Shown here: positions 37,751 to 50,484 of the stretch, one piece after another
Position numbering within the stretch: the stretch's first letter is position 1
Layout of the letters: each line of letters starts with the position of its first letter
DNA from: Octopus vulgaris
Taxonomy: Eukaryota
Assembly: GCA_951406725.2 (NCBI GenBank)
Contig: OX597833.1
Coordinates: 9,176,001-9,240,000 of the forward strand
Reading direction: 5' to 3'
DNA length: 64,000 nt
The notes under the pieces: model-generated
Databases searched by the model: none
Seen by the model: only the letters and a program-made list of their open reading frames with translations
Told to the model about the DNA's origin: nothing
Position numbers and translations under genes: made by a program

Positions 37751-37919
37751 AAGGAGGTATATTCTGGACTCTGTGGTGGGACTGAGCTCTGGCTTACTTT
37801 GTAGTCATCTTTATCAAATCTTTATTTCAATTTCAAAATCTTGACAGCCTTTCAGCTTCTTTCCAGGCAGTGGTTTTGTCAGAAGGTATTGAGATGCCTA
37901 TCGGAACAATGATTCTTGA

Positions 37920-39546
37920 TAATTATACTCTATCATTATAATTATTATTATTTTTATTCCTATTCTTTTTTTTTTCTTTCCTTTCTTCTTCAAGTTATCA
38001 ATATTAAGTCTCAACTCCTTCCTACAGCTCACAGACATTACACTTTCCTCAATACATGTGCTGTTTCCAAAAATTGCTGCCAATTTTGTATTTCATGCCA
38101 GAATAATGCTTTCTTTGAGACAGTCCCAAATGCACCAATCACGATAGGATCCCACTCACTTTTGAGGCTCTATGGATGTATTTCACTTCCAATGATAGGT
38201 CTCAGTACTTCTGGACTTTCTCCATGTCTGTCTTCCCACTATTCTGGTCTGCAGGTATGGCTATGTTGATGAAGATCCATTCTTTGGATTCCTTCTGTAG
38301 GAGAGTGATATCTAGTTGGTTATGTTGCAGCTTTTTATCTGTGTAGATTGGCACATCCTATGTGAGATTCACCCAATCATTCTCTGTTACTGGCAAACGT
38401 TGGTGTTTATATCACTTGTTAGAACATTCTAGCCCATACTTTCTGCACAACTCACAGAGTATTTACACTTCTACTTTGTAATGGAATGTTTGTACTCTAT
38501 TGGGGGTTAGTTTTCAGTATATACTAATTTATATGTATGTCTCAGATGTTTGTTTTTACATAATCTACAAAAAAGTGATTCTGATGTTTTATCAATTCTT
38601 CACTTGATTGAGTTGATTTGTAAAGTTTGTTTTTGAGCAGCAAGGATCACTTCTGTTTTCTTTCTTAAAAATTCATGTCTTAACCATCTTTAGGGTTCTT
38701 CATCAGCTTCATCCAATGTTTATTGGAAAAGCACACCCTGTAGGACTTTCTCTTTCCAGTTGATAATCTTTCCTTTATTAGTCCTCACATTGTACTGGAG
38801 GGTTTTGCCATTGTCACTGGTCACCTTCTCACTCAGTGCAACCTGCAATATTCTTTCATCCCTCTTCCTCAAATCAGGACTTGATCTCCTTCACAACACA
38901 ATCCTATATTCCTACGAAAGGACGGAAGGTGACAGAGGACTGGTTGGAATATAGGATTGTGTTGTGAAGGAGATCAAGTCCTGATTTGAGGAAGAGGGGT
39001 GAAAGAATGTTGCAGGTTGCACTGAGTGAGAAGGTGACTAGTGAAATATTTGTTGAAATATTTCCCTCTTGATGTCGATTTGCCCAATTTTTCCTTTCCC
39101 CTGCAGACAAAACTGTTTTCTAGTTCTTCATATTGATTTTGATAAATCATTTTAGAATCTGTGAGTGAAGAATCATATCCTATGCCTTCTTATAGTCAAC
39201 CCAAGCTATTGATAAGCTAGTCAACTTTCTCTGACAGTTCCTCAAAATGTCTTTATCTATCAACAATTTATCCTTTATTCCTCATTATCCCTTCCTGCAG
39301 CTTTTCTCTTCCTCTACTAACAGTCCATTTCTTTCAAGATGGTTGCACAATTTTTTTCCCGTTATTCCAGTTAGAAGCTTCCACATCATAGGTGAACAAG
39401 CAACTGGACCATAGTTACTGGGTGTGTCACCCTTGGCTGGGTCCTTCTGGATCAATACAGTTCTTCCTTTGACTATCCATTCTGGTACAATTCCTTGGTG
39501 TACAAAGCCTTGCAGGAACTTTTGTAGATTAGGATGTAAATTGTCA
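37920..39546 (-). mobile_element. Dong/R4 element with internal deletion and inverted duplication
   Basis: VPEWIVKGRTVLIQKD..NYGPVAC..WKLLTGI (ORF 39285-39581), AWVDYKKA, EVILAAQ, REL end VIGAFGTV; (TAA)n-like tracts at both ends. Confidence 0.8.
38814..39044. repeat. Inverted repeat, 99-bp arms, 33-bp spacer
   Basis: 38814-38912 versus the reverse complement of 38946-39044, three mismatches seen; the same peptide appears in both ORF 38760+ and ORF 38904-. Confidence 0.95.
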
Positions 39547-39578
<32 letters not shown>

Positions 39579-39589
39579 CATTATCTATT

Positions 39590-39902
39590 CTTTTTATTTC
39601 AGGTTTTGTTGTAACTCCTGGTGTCTTGCATGTGTGGTGAGCTTGCTGCTTGTAGCCTATGGTACCATGCTATATGTTCTTTTAAACTAATACCTTTCTG
39701 CTTATATTGGCCATGCCAAGGAGGCAAACCTTTTCTAACAGTTCTACTGGGCTCTCTATTCCAATTTCCTTTATATTCCTCTTGATGCCTTCTGATACTG
39801 CTCCTGAGAGCCCAACAGTAATTGGCACTATTTTCACATTCCTTATTTTCCATAGTTAGGTTATTTCATACTTTCATTTTCCATAGCCAGGTTATTTTGT
39901 AC
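39590..39902 (-). mobile_element. Dong/R4 3'-end fragment
   Basis: LWKIR.VKIVPITVGLSGAVSEGIKRNIKEIG..LLEKVCLLG; bounded by (TTA)n. Confidence 0.7.
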
Positions 39903-39923
39903 TTATTATTATTATTATTATTA

Positions 39924-40280
39924 TTACCTCTGCCTTAGCAAAGGTGGAGGTATTGTTTTCAGTCGTGTTTGTTTGTCCATGGACAAGATATCTCAAGAAC
40001 TGCTGGATGGATTTGGATGAAATTTTCAGGGATGTTTGGCCTCATGACTAGCATGAACTGATTAGATTTTGGGATCGATCTGGTACCAGACAAGGCTTCT
40101 GGATTATTTTTCCTGTTTATTTACTTAATTTTTGAGAGCGGTTGGGTTCATTTTTAGTATTTTCGTTTGTGAGAGCAGTCGAGTTTATTTCAGATATTCT
40201 CATTTTAAAAATCCTCTCTGGCTAATCATTGAGAGGATGTTGGTGTTGCCTTGGTGGAGGTTTGCACTCTCTGAGTGCTC

Positions 40281-40282
<2 letters not shown>
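39924..40282 (+). mobile_element. Helentron-associated non-autonomous element (HINE/DINE-1-like)
   Basis: 5' TTACCTCTGCCTTAGCAAAGGTGGAGGT hairpin/subTIR, GTTT microsatellite, 3' subTIR GGTGGAGGT then stem-loop GCACTC-TCT-GAGTGC; inserted in (TTA)n; second copy at 49380-49743. Confidence 0.7.
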
Positions 40283-40339
<57 letters not shown>

Positions 40340-40344
40340 TCATA

Positions 40345-42950
40345 TAACCCAACAGATTAAACTGTTGGAAAGAAAGATTCCTAACATCAGGTTACAACAA
40401 GTAACCTTGGATGCTAAGAATCTTAAATCTTCCTAATGGAATACATTTTTTATCTGGACTTTCCATAGACAATTTAACCCAATGGCTAGGTCCTGGTACT
40501 TTGCTATTTTCTCAATACCTCTCATGTTGACTTTCTCATCATTTGGAACTGTGAAGTCAATTATCTGATACTTTCTATTCTCTTTGTCTTCTTCTTCTTC
40601 TACTTCTACTACTACTACTACTACTAAATCAGGCCTTCTAGCTTCTATTACTCTGTCAGTCTGAATGTCTTACAACATCTTATATTCCTTACTTTCTAGT
40701 ACTTCTCAAGATTCATGTTCATACCACTTATCCGTATGGTCAAATCCTAATTTTTCTACATAACTCCTAGTTGGTTATTCTCTCTCAGCTCTCATATCTT
40801 GTATTCTTTCTGTGCCAGCATTCAAATTCACTAACTATATGAATAACACTTTCCTCCTTTGATTTACATAAACTACATTGAAAATCTACCTGAATTTTAT
40901 CTATCTTGGCTCTTACCCAATTAGACTTTAATACTTGATTTTGTGCTGCTACTAGCAAACTTTCTGACTCCCTTTTCAACCTTCATTCCTGCAACCACAC
41001 CTATGTCTCACTATTATTGTTTTCTGTTACTATCTTTGGAAACCTACCATGCAAAGCCTTTTCATGCCAGTCAGATAATCATGTTTCTTTTTTTTTCCTG
41101 AAATTTAATGTCATTTGGCTTTCTAATTTGCCTATCTCTAACAGTTACTCTTGCAGCTCTCAGTTAAATTTCCTCACTATAACCTACATAGGAGACTATA
41201 TCTACTCTCGTTAACTCCACACAGTCTTCTACTGACATTAAACCTCTACTACTTCCCTTTCTAGGTAAATATAGAGATGCTACTTCTGCCCTTGGATGAA
41301 GTCCTCCACTCATATTGAATTCCTTCCTGGTTCTTCTAGCTAGATTTGCTAATTCAGATTTTCTCCAATCTACAAAAGCTGTTGGATACCTAAGTAACAA
41401 CACTGCCCAAGTATCTACAGCCTTCACTAGATTCAGGCTATTTAGCTTTGTTAACTTCCTCATTCTTCTCAAGTACTACTTCTCAATTTTTGTTTTCTTT
41501 TCTATAGTTACTACTCTTGTCATATTCTTATTCAATTAGATACTTATAACTTTCTCCTTTCAGTAATTTTAATGTCTGGCCATCTGGTAAGTAAATGCCT
41601 TCTCTGCTAACTACCTGTCCTTTTTTTGTAACTAATATTATGCATTTATCTATGCCAAATTCCATATCTATATTTTTGCTGAAGAGTCTTATAGTTTGTA
41701 TTAAGGAATCTATCTCTTTCTTATTCTTATGAAAAAGCTTCTGATCATCCATGGAGAGGAAATGGTTAATTTTTTCTTTACTTTCTCTTTACTCTCTGCC
41801 TTTGCTTTTCTTAATACTAAACCGAGGGAGATTAAACATAACATGAATATTAAAGGGGATAACAAGTCTACTTTGAGAACACCTCTCTTGATATTAACCT
41901 TACCTAAGGCTGTATCACATGAGTAGAGATCTACTTTCCATTTCTTCACATTATATAGCTAATTAACTCTCTTATGTTGCCTGCAATACTGAATATTCTT
42001 GAGCATTCACTTATCCATAAGTGTTGAATCATGTCATAGGCTTTCTTATAACCTATCCAGGCTAGTGTTGCTTTTCCTTTCTAGATTTCACTTCTTTTAG
42101 AACTGCTTTGTCTATTTTATAATAGATCACGCATTCCTCTAACCTATTTCCTACAACCTTTCTGTTCATCTGGAAGTAAATTCTTGTTGTCAAGGTGTTT
42201 GTAAATGCCTCCTGACAGCATTCCTGTTAACAGCTTCTGCACCAATGGCAAGCAAGTGATTGGTCTATTATTACTATATATATTGTCTCTTTCATCTTTC
42301 ATGAAGAATACTGTTCTCCCATTAGTCATCCAGTTAGGTACAACTCCTACATTTAGGCAATCATGAAATTGTTTCCTCAATCTTCCATGTAAGTTACAGA
42401 ATTTCTATTGAATTTCTTTAACCAGTACCCTTGAACTAAATCTGGTCCTAGGCCCTTCCAATTCTGAATTCTTCCTATCATTTTACATCATAAATGCATT
42501 AGTGAGTTTTAGATCTGACTGTTTCTCACTAACTACTTCTTCCCTTACTTTCTTTAACCATGCTGCATCTCCAGTATGATTAACTGGCTTATCCTAAATA
42601 TCACTCCAGAACTTTCTAGCTTCTTCTGCATTAAGCTTCCCATCTTCAGTAGTTTTTTCTATACTATTTATTTGGCTATAAAATCTTCCTGTGGTCTATC
42701 TCAAACAATCTGTTCTGTTGATACTGGCTTATTCTTTTCTGATACCTGTTATTGCTAAGATACACTGTTTCAGCTGTTTCATGACTATCCTGAATCCTTT
42801 CTCTTTGACTAAGTATTTTTTTCTCAAGAGAATATTTAATGCTTGCGTTTCCTTACTTGTCAGCTTAGATCTTGTCTTAAAGTCTTCACTTTATTTTCTA
42901 ATCTCTTTTTCCACATCTGCTTGTAACTACCACCCCTCCTGTAAAAATTA
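40345..42950 (-). mobile_element. Dong/R4 element, decayed
   Basis: VPNWMTNGRTVFFMKD..NNRPITCLP..PDEQKGCRK, VNIKRG..LSPLIF, MDDQKLF, LYLPRKGSSRGLMSVEDC, CSLC..VIHIVSE, RPDL. Confidence 0.88.
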
Positions 42951-43002
42951 ACAAGTTAGTGTCACCTATATTTTTAGTATCTGTTCTACTGATAGGAGAA
43001 AT

Positions 43003-43034
<32 letters not shown>

Positions 43035-44618
43035 TCAGCACTACCATGTTACCAAAGATTTAATCTTTGGACTTGCCTGCATCATCTCCTCCACTGTAAA
43101 GTGTGATGAAGAGGGGTGGGGATGATTGATGGCAAATAAGAATGATGGATGGAACAGATGTCAATTGGGAGTAGGAGGGGAGAGAGAGAGAGTGGTGACT
43201 GGCAATACAGAAATGGTTTGTAGTAACCGGTCCTAATTTCATTATTTATTGCTTCAGAATAATACAGTAGACAGGAGAGTGATGGAGGGATTGACTGACA
43301 GGTAGATGAAGGTTGGGGTTAAAGGTTGTAAAAGATTTTGAAGATGAGTGATGGATAAAATGGATGTGGTGGGCATAGTAATTATACCTGTTTATTCTTT
43401 TCAGACATTCCTTTAAATGCTGTTGTGGCTTGAATAAAAACACAAACACACACACTTTACAAAAAAAAAAACAAAAAAAAAAAACAATATGTGTGAGAAG
43501 TGTCAATTGTTAAAAGTTACTTTTAAATGTTTGCATCCAAATTTGATCGTTATTTGTAAAACACAAAATTCCAAGAAAATGTGAAGTTTATTTTCTCATT
43601 ACAAAATCAAAAAAATTAAATAATTGAAAAAAAGAAAAACATTTTATTTGTACAAAAACTTTCATTTGTTTGTTTCTAAGAAATAAGAAAATTTCAATAA
43701 AAAAAATACTTGTAGCTACTAAAAACCAGCTGAACCTAACTGATTAAACAATCAATAATGCCATTTAATTTCATGACATTTGGGGAAAAGGTTAAGAAAT
43801 AGTTTTTTTGATATAAAGAGAAAAAAATAATAATCTGAAAATATTTTAGAAGTGTCACCTGTTGACGCTGACCCTAATTTGGAAAGATATCTTGTGAATA
43901 TTTTGGTGTGTCTCATTGTTGAGGAAGGACAAATCTATAACCTTTGATAAAAAATCTCCCTGACTTGGAGGGAGGAATTATTTTGAAATGACTCAAAGAT
44001 TAAAACAAAACAAACACTTGACTAGTAAATAAATCTTCAAAAACAGAAACAGCAACATTTGAAATCAATGGTGATATATTTCTCAGTAGTGTTTTCCTTG
44101 CATACTTGATCAAATTCAGGTCTATAGGGTCTATATTAACATAATAATTGGTAAATTTGATCGCTTTATCAAGTAGTGGTCTAAATCATATGCTTAAATG
44201 TGATAGTCACACTCTTTGATAAATTTAGGAAATAACTTATTTCTACCTTTAGTCAATGAGACCTTAAAATCACATTGGCTACTAATCTGTCTGTTTTTTT
44301 TTCTTTCTGATTACCTATTTTGTTTTCTGGGTTTTCAACCTTCTCATCTTTTCTTGCTTTTTCTCTCGCTCTGTTTTTAGTTTGTTATGCTAGGACTCCA
44401 GACATGTTATAAAACAACGTTTGGTCTGTTCTCAGCACATGGAAACATATATTGTGCTTACTAAATGATATTTGTATCTCACCCGATAAAGTACTTTTTT
44501 GTTGATGTTATCATCACTGAACAGTACACTGTCTGTCTGTCTGTCTCTCTCTCTCTCTATATATATATTGTTGCTGTCATAGGAATTCTTTAAACTTTCA
44601 AAATATTGTGAAATAATT

Positions 44619-44823
44619 CTTTTATGGAACTGGATTTCAAAGCAGGCATAAAACTATAAATAATATGCAAATATTGGGTTGAAAATCCCTTTTGAATTGA
44701 AAAGGTCAAAGGCTGCATGTGGGATTTGAACCCACATCTCCTAGAAAGGGTTTTTTAATCTATTATTTGCATGCTATTATTTATAACATTATGTGTGCTT
44801 TGAGATCCAGTCCCAAAAAAAGT
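44619..44823. mobile_element. Imperfect fold-back element with central tRNA T-arm/B-box
   Basis: Arms TGGAACTGGATTTCAAAGCA..TATAAATAAT..TGCAAATA..CCCTTT and their reverse complement; centre GTGGGATTTGAACCCAC. Confidence 0.6.
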
Positions 44824-45522
44824 GTAGCATACACAAGAAGCTATTTGATAGTAATGAATACAGACCCACACAAATGTACAGAATGAGAAATTATGGCTAT
44901 GCATGTGTGAGTGTGTTTGTATGTGTAATAGATGATAGCCACAACTTCTGACATTTAGTACAGATATTTGTAATAAAAACTAATTAAAATGAGTAAAAAA
45001 AAGGTATTGGAGGGATGATGCATAACCAGTATGCAGATAAAGTTTTTTGCAAATTATAGTGTGGCTTACAATGCATTGCTTACCCACGCTTTTTAATTGA
45101 ACTGAATTCATTTTTTTCTTTAAGTATCACCATTATAGGTATTTATACTCTGGTGAAATTAAGATACCAACTCATAAATAAACGAAACACTCAAATCCCC
45201 CCCCCACACACACAGATGCAAATCTGTGTGTATTTGTGCATGTTTAATCAAACCAAATTTTCATCATTTGAGCCATTCACCTAATGAGTATTCCTGTCAA
45301 ATTTGGTGAATATCAGTTCTGCCCGTTTCCCAGTAATTTTTCAAAGACGTGACAAACAGACAGAGATGAGAGATTACAATACACTGCTTTTGCTTATGCA
45401 TGTAGGGTAATAAATCTTAATATTGTTGTTGGGAGTTGACATAGTGATGATTTACTGACTGAAGAGTTCAAATCTCGCAAACCGAAGTAGTGTTAGCATA
45501 TGTATTGATATATATATATATA

Positions 45523-45715
45523 GGGAGAGTTTACAAAAAAAAAACAAAAGACGAAGACAGGTGGTGTACAAAACAAACAGATGTATTAGTATAACACTCA
45601 GGAATAGAAGAAGTCTTTTACGTCTCGAGCCTATGCTCTTCTACAGAAAGGGACACAGAAAAAACAAGGAGAGAAAAAATGTGTGTAGTGGCTAACGATC
45701 TATCATGGCGTCTGG
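45523..45715 (-). mobile_element. ~190 bp Penelope-like (pLTR-type) element in (TA)n, carrying a hammerhead motif
   Basis: Flanked by (TA)n on both sides; similar to 55222-55412. Confidence 0.7.
45615..45650 (-). ncRNA. Minimal hammerhead-like motif, CUGUAGA core, GAAA mutated to GAGA
   Basis: Minus strand: CTTT-CTGTAGA-A-GAGC(ATAG)GCTC-GAGAC-GTA-AAAG. Confidence 0.6.
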
Positions 45716-46404
45716 TATATATATATATATATATATATATATGCCTTTCTTTCTCATAGTGGTTCTATCTATCATAGAGTACATTTTACTACTGTCCTCA
45801 ATCTCTTTCCTAGTTGTTCTGCAGTATGAGCAAGTAAAGCTCACCATAACGACAAAACAATCAGCTGAATTGGATAAAAACTGTGTTGAATTGTTGACAT
45901 TCATGAGGACAAATTTTAACAAATTTTATATATATATATTTATTACCCAAAGAGACACACCAGCACCATCGGATGCTCCTGAACCAGTTGTTAAGTATCC
46001 CACTTGTGAGGGATCGATGCTATCTGAGTCAAAACAAATGTAGTGATTAATAAAAATTCTCGTGTTTTCCATCTTCTGTCTCTCATTTACCATGTACATA
46101 ATGTACACTACGAAAGTAACAGTTGCTTTACCAGTAAGCTACCAGGTATAAACCATTCATTTTATTATCTAATATATATATATACATAAACAATGAAATT
46201 AATAAAGATCTACTGAAACTATGCAGTCCTTTAAAGACATTTAGATTTACCAAGTGAGATTTAACTGAGTATAGTAAATTTTAACTAACTTGAGTTTCCC
46301 CAACATTCACTGTGGCTAGCCAGTACTGACAAATGATAAGAGGGAACACAGTATCCACTAGAATTATGTATCCTTCGAAGCCATTTTTGGATATGTATAT
46401 ATAT

Positions 46405-46574
46405 ATATCCACTACACTCTCGGAGTGGTTGGCGTTAGGAAGGGCATCCAGCTGTAGAAACTTTGCCAGATCTGATTGGAGCCTGGTACAGCCTTCTGGC
46501 TTGCCAGACCTCAGTCAAACCATCCAACCCATGCCAGTATGGAAAGCGGACGTTAAACAATGATGACGATGATG

Positions 46575-46576
<2 letters not shown>
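46405..46576 (+). mobile_element. RTE 3'-terminal fragment with (GAT)n tail
   Basis: Nearly the same as 22615-22790. Confidence 0.75.
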
Positions 46577-46618
<42 letters not shown>

Positions 46619-46619
46619 A

Positions 46620-46830
46620 TATGCTTTGAAGTGCTGTTGGTTGAACAAGCCACCACCAGTTCTGTACTCAAACTTTACTCCTTTAACACACTCAAGAAAA
46701 CTGAGTCCTCAACTTGTTCCATTTGCCAAAAGGTTTGCAAAGCACCAGTGGGATTCAAGAGACATGTTCATGATCACCACTTTATTTTACTGAACTCACA
46801 TTTGTCGTCCATACCAAAAGAATCCATCAT
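46620..46830 (+). mobile_element. RTE (BovB-like) C-terminal C2H2 finger remnant
   Basis: TCSICQKVCKAPVGFKRHVHDH in ORF 46463-46882; a single finger in repeat context. Confidence 0.5.
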
Positions 46831-46842
46831 ATGTTTATATAT

Positions 46843-47322
46843 ATCATCATCATCATCGTTTAACATCCGCTTTCCATGCTAGCATGGGTTGGATGGTTCA
46901 ACTGGGGTCTGGGAAGCCAGAAGGCAGCAGCAGGCTCCAGTCTGATCTGGCAGTGTTTCTACAGCTGGATGCCCTTCCTAATGCCAACCACTCTGTGAGT
47001 GTAGTGGGTGCTTTTTACATGCCACCAGCACAGGTGCCAGACGAGGCTGGCAAACGGCCACGATCAGATGGTGCTTTTTACGTGCCACCGGCATGGAGGC
47101 CAGTCGGGGCAGCGCTGGCAACAGCCACGTTCGGATGGTTCTCTTATGTGCCACCAGCACTGGTATCACAGCTACAATTTCCATTGATGTTGATCGATTT
47201 CGATTTTCACTTGCCTCAACAGGTCTTCACAAGTAGAGTTTTGTGTCCCAAGAAGGAAAGGTAGGCATAAGTGGACTGGCTAAACCCCAGGCAGAGGCCA
47301 CGGGTTATGGTCTCACTTGTCC
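46843..47322 (-). mobile_element. RTE 3'UTR with tandem units, (GAT)n tail
   Basis: Reverse complement of the shared terminus plus about three internal units; matches 63055-63090 at its 5' edge. Confidence 0.75.
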
Positions 47323-47694
47323 TACACACAAACACACATATATATATACACACACTCACTCTCTCTCTCTCACACACACACATACATACATACACAAATG
47401 CGTAGTTTGAAACAATAATGTCGGGAATGTTATTGCTGTAAACTAGATATGAAAGACTAATAACAAAATATGAAAATATCTTCAATAAAAGACATCATAT
47501 TGAAGACTGAAAGACAATGACAGTTGACTGTTTAATATGATATCTATAGGAAACAGTGTCAGCTTTCCTCCACATTATTAATGATAAGAGTGTTAAGTGA
47601 TAAGTAACAAATATTTACAGATGAAAGGACTCAATATTGGGTGTAGAGCCAATTTTATTATAGAAACAGTCTGACTGTAAATTCAAGTTTCCCT

Positions 47695-48105
47695 TTATTC
47701 TCTTTACTCTTTTACTCTTTTACTTGTTTCAGTCAGTTGACTGCGGCCATGCTGGAGCACTGCCTTTAATCGAGCAACTCGACCCCCGGGACTTATTCTT
47801 TTGTAAGCCCAGTACTTATTCTATCAGTCTCTTTTGCCGAACCGCTAAGTAACGGGGACATAAACACACAAGCAATGCTAGGGGGACAAACACAGACACA
47901 CAAATATACACACGCACGTATGTATATATATACATATATACAACAGGCTTCTTTCAGTTTCCGTCTACCAAATCCACTCACAAGGCTTTGGTCAGCCTGA
48001 GGCGATAGTAGAAGACACTTGCCAAATGTGCCACGCAGTGGGACTGAACCCGGAACCATGTGGTTGGTAAACAAGCTACTTACCACACAGCCACTCCTGC
48101 GCCTA
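47695..48105 (-). mobile_element. SINE family B, full-length
   Basis: Colinear with 16565-16967; tRNA head, central microsatellite and (GTAAAAGA)n tail. Confidence 0.85.
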
Positions 48106-49379
48106 TAAAAATTAGGGCTCGTTTACAGATTTTTAACAAATGATTTATTAACTAGGAATCTGCCTTTACAGTATGTAACATCTCAATGTGATCAATTTGA
48201 TCAATGAGAAACAATGGCCAAATTTCCTTTTTATTACACACTATTATGTTAAAAAGCGAAGGGCACATTGACTAATTTAGCCCTAGATACACTAAGTTTG
48301 AGCAAAAAGACAAAAAAAAAAAAAAAAAGAAACCCCAGAAGGCCAGATGATTACAGCTGGAATGCCTTTGTTCACAGGTTAGCTTAATCAGAGCACACCT
48401 GAAACTAAGCAACAACTACTACAGCTACTACTACTGTTGCTTCAATTGACTACTAGCTTTATCTGTTTCCATTGTATGACAAAATATCTGCTTCCATTTA
48501 GATTAGTGACACCTATAAACCCAGAAACATCTCAGATTTATTCCAAGTTTAGTCTTTTTGAAATTTTCAATATATAAATTTTTATTCTTACATCATCATC
48601 AACTGCAAAATCAATCTTTACTCATTCATCACTCAACTGGTTTAGTATCGAACTAGCTCATATTTCCTCCAACCTCAACTTTCTATTAAACACATTCTTA
48701 CATTTCTAACCATTCTTATTTGGTGTCAAACTTCAGAAAGGTAGCAATGTAAAGGTTTCTACTTCAGTAAAGATCATTCCTCAAGAACAGATGCTCTGAC
48801 ACCAAAATGTTCTCTAGTGTTTCTTGCAGTTTCTCTGGCTTGATGTAAACTAGAAACAGTTTTCTTATTAACATAATACAATATTCCTGATGATTTAGAT
48901 AAACACGGTTTTTAAATTAATTGATAATGTATCGCAATTATGCAATTAAGCATTTAATGCTGTTTATCTTAATGAAACAGCTGTCAAGCACAATTAAAGT
49001 ATGAACTACATGTGAAGTTCATGTTTTTCTGCTAAGTATGTTGCTCTTAAAGATTGTTTTAGTCAATTATGTATATGCATGCAAGTCAACCCCACTTGGA
49101 ATAACGGCAATGTAATAATCTATTGAAGTTTAAAGACTAATTGAACTCTTGAATATTCTGGTTTTATTTTTTTAATGTTTATACATCAATTCTTTATATG
49201 TATATCACTATTTTACATTAATATAAAAACATACTAAAACAATATGTTCTTTAAGATCAAAAAATACTGACCTCATGAGATGAAGGTATACAGAACTGAA
49301 GTTGAAAATTTACCACACATTGATGAATCATATTTTTTTTGCTCAAATCTTGACTTTGTTGGTTTCACTCTCAAGATCC

Positions 49380-49740
49380 TAATCAAGTGTACCAAAAAGA
49401 TGTATTCCTGACCAGAGAGAATCACCTTTAAACTCCATTATTGTTAAATAAAATAAAAGGAGGATATCTGAAATAAACTTGACTGCTCTCACAAACGAAA
49501 ATACTAAAAATAAACCTGACTGAACTAAAAAATTAAGTAAAAAAACAGGAAAAATAATCCAGGATCCTTGTCCAGTACCAGATTGATCCCAGAATCTAAT
49601 CAGTTTGTGCCAGTAACGAGGCCAAACATCCCTGAAAGTTTCCTTTGAATCCATCCAGTGGTTCTTGAGATATCTTGTCCATGGACAAACAAACAAATAA
49701 ACACAACCAAAAACAAAACCTCCACCTTCGCTAAGGTGGA

Positions 49741-49743
<3 letters not shown>
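49380..49743 (-). mobile_element. HINE-like element, second copy with divergent 3' end
   Basis: Reverse complement of ~49480-49743 matches 39924-40200. Confidence 0.7.
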
Positions 49744-49781
<38 letters not shown>

Positions 49782-49783
<2 letters not shown>

Positions 49784-50484
49784 CATGGTAGATTCCCAAA
49801 GATAGTTGCAGCAAATAGTAGTAGTGATAAATGGCTATGGTTGCAGAAAGGAAAGCTGAAAAGGGAGAAGGAAGTGTGTTAGTAGCTGCACAAAATCAAG
49901 CATGAAGAACTTATTGGATAAAAACAAGAAAGACAAAAACCAAGTAGATTCCCAATGTAATTTATGCAAATCAAAAGAGAAAAGTGTTACTCATATAGTA
50001 AGTGCTTGTAGCATGCTGGCACAGAAAGAATACAAAAGAGATGGCAACCTAGGGAGTGTAATCCACTGGGAGTTATGTAAAAGCTAAGATTTGAACATAA
50101 TAATGAATAGTATGAACATGAACCTAGTAAATTACTAGAAAGTAAGAAATATAAGATGTTGTGGGACTTTAACATTCAGACAGACAGAGTAATAGAAGCT
50201 AGAAGGCCTGATTTAGTAGTAGTAGATAAAGAGAATAAGAAGTGCCAGATATATCCCCTTTAATATTTGTCTGATGTTTGATCCCTCTCAGTTTAGTATT
50301 AAGGAAGGCAAAGGCAGGGTATCAGTTCAGAAATAGTAAAGGAAAAATTAACCATTTGCTCAACATGGATGATCTGAAGCTTTCTCATAAGAATGAAAAA
50401 GAGATAGATTACTTAATACAAACTGTAAGACTCTTCAGCAAAGATACAGGCATAGAATTTGCTATAAGTGCGTAATACTAGTCA
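49782..50484 (+). mobile_element. Dong/R4 fragments in scrambled order
   Basis: CNLC..VTHIVSAC and RPDLVVVDK (49782-50250) precede the RT segment IPLSLVLRK..NHLLNMDDLKL (50250-50484). Confidence 0.75.

Noticed and set aside
45990-46040. FDSDSIDPS resembling the arginase/agmatinase DxD metal motif
   Set aside because: The downstream PG.GTP motif is absent and no other part of the family was seen.
46700-46780. C2H2 zinc-finger host gene
   Set aside because: Single finger with no linker array, sandwiched between repeats; it fits an RTE C-terminal finger better.
1642-48900. Other CTGATGA occurrences (e.g. ~1642, 3242, 3963, 5065, 24644, 34169, 48888) as hammerheads
   Set aside because: No stem II plus GAAAC/GUH arrangement was seen around them.
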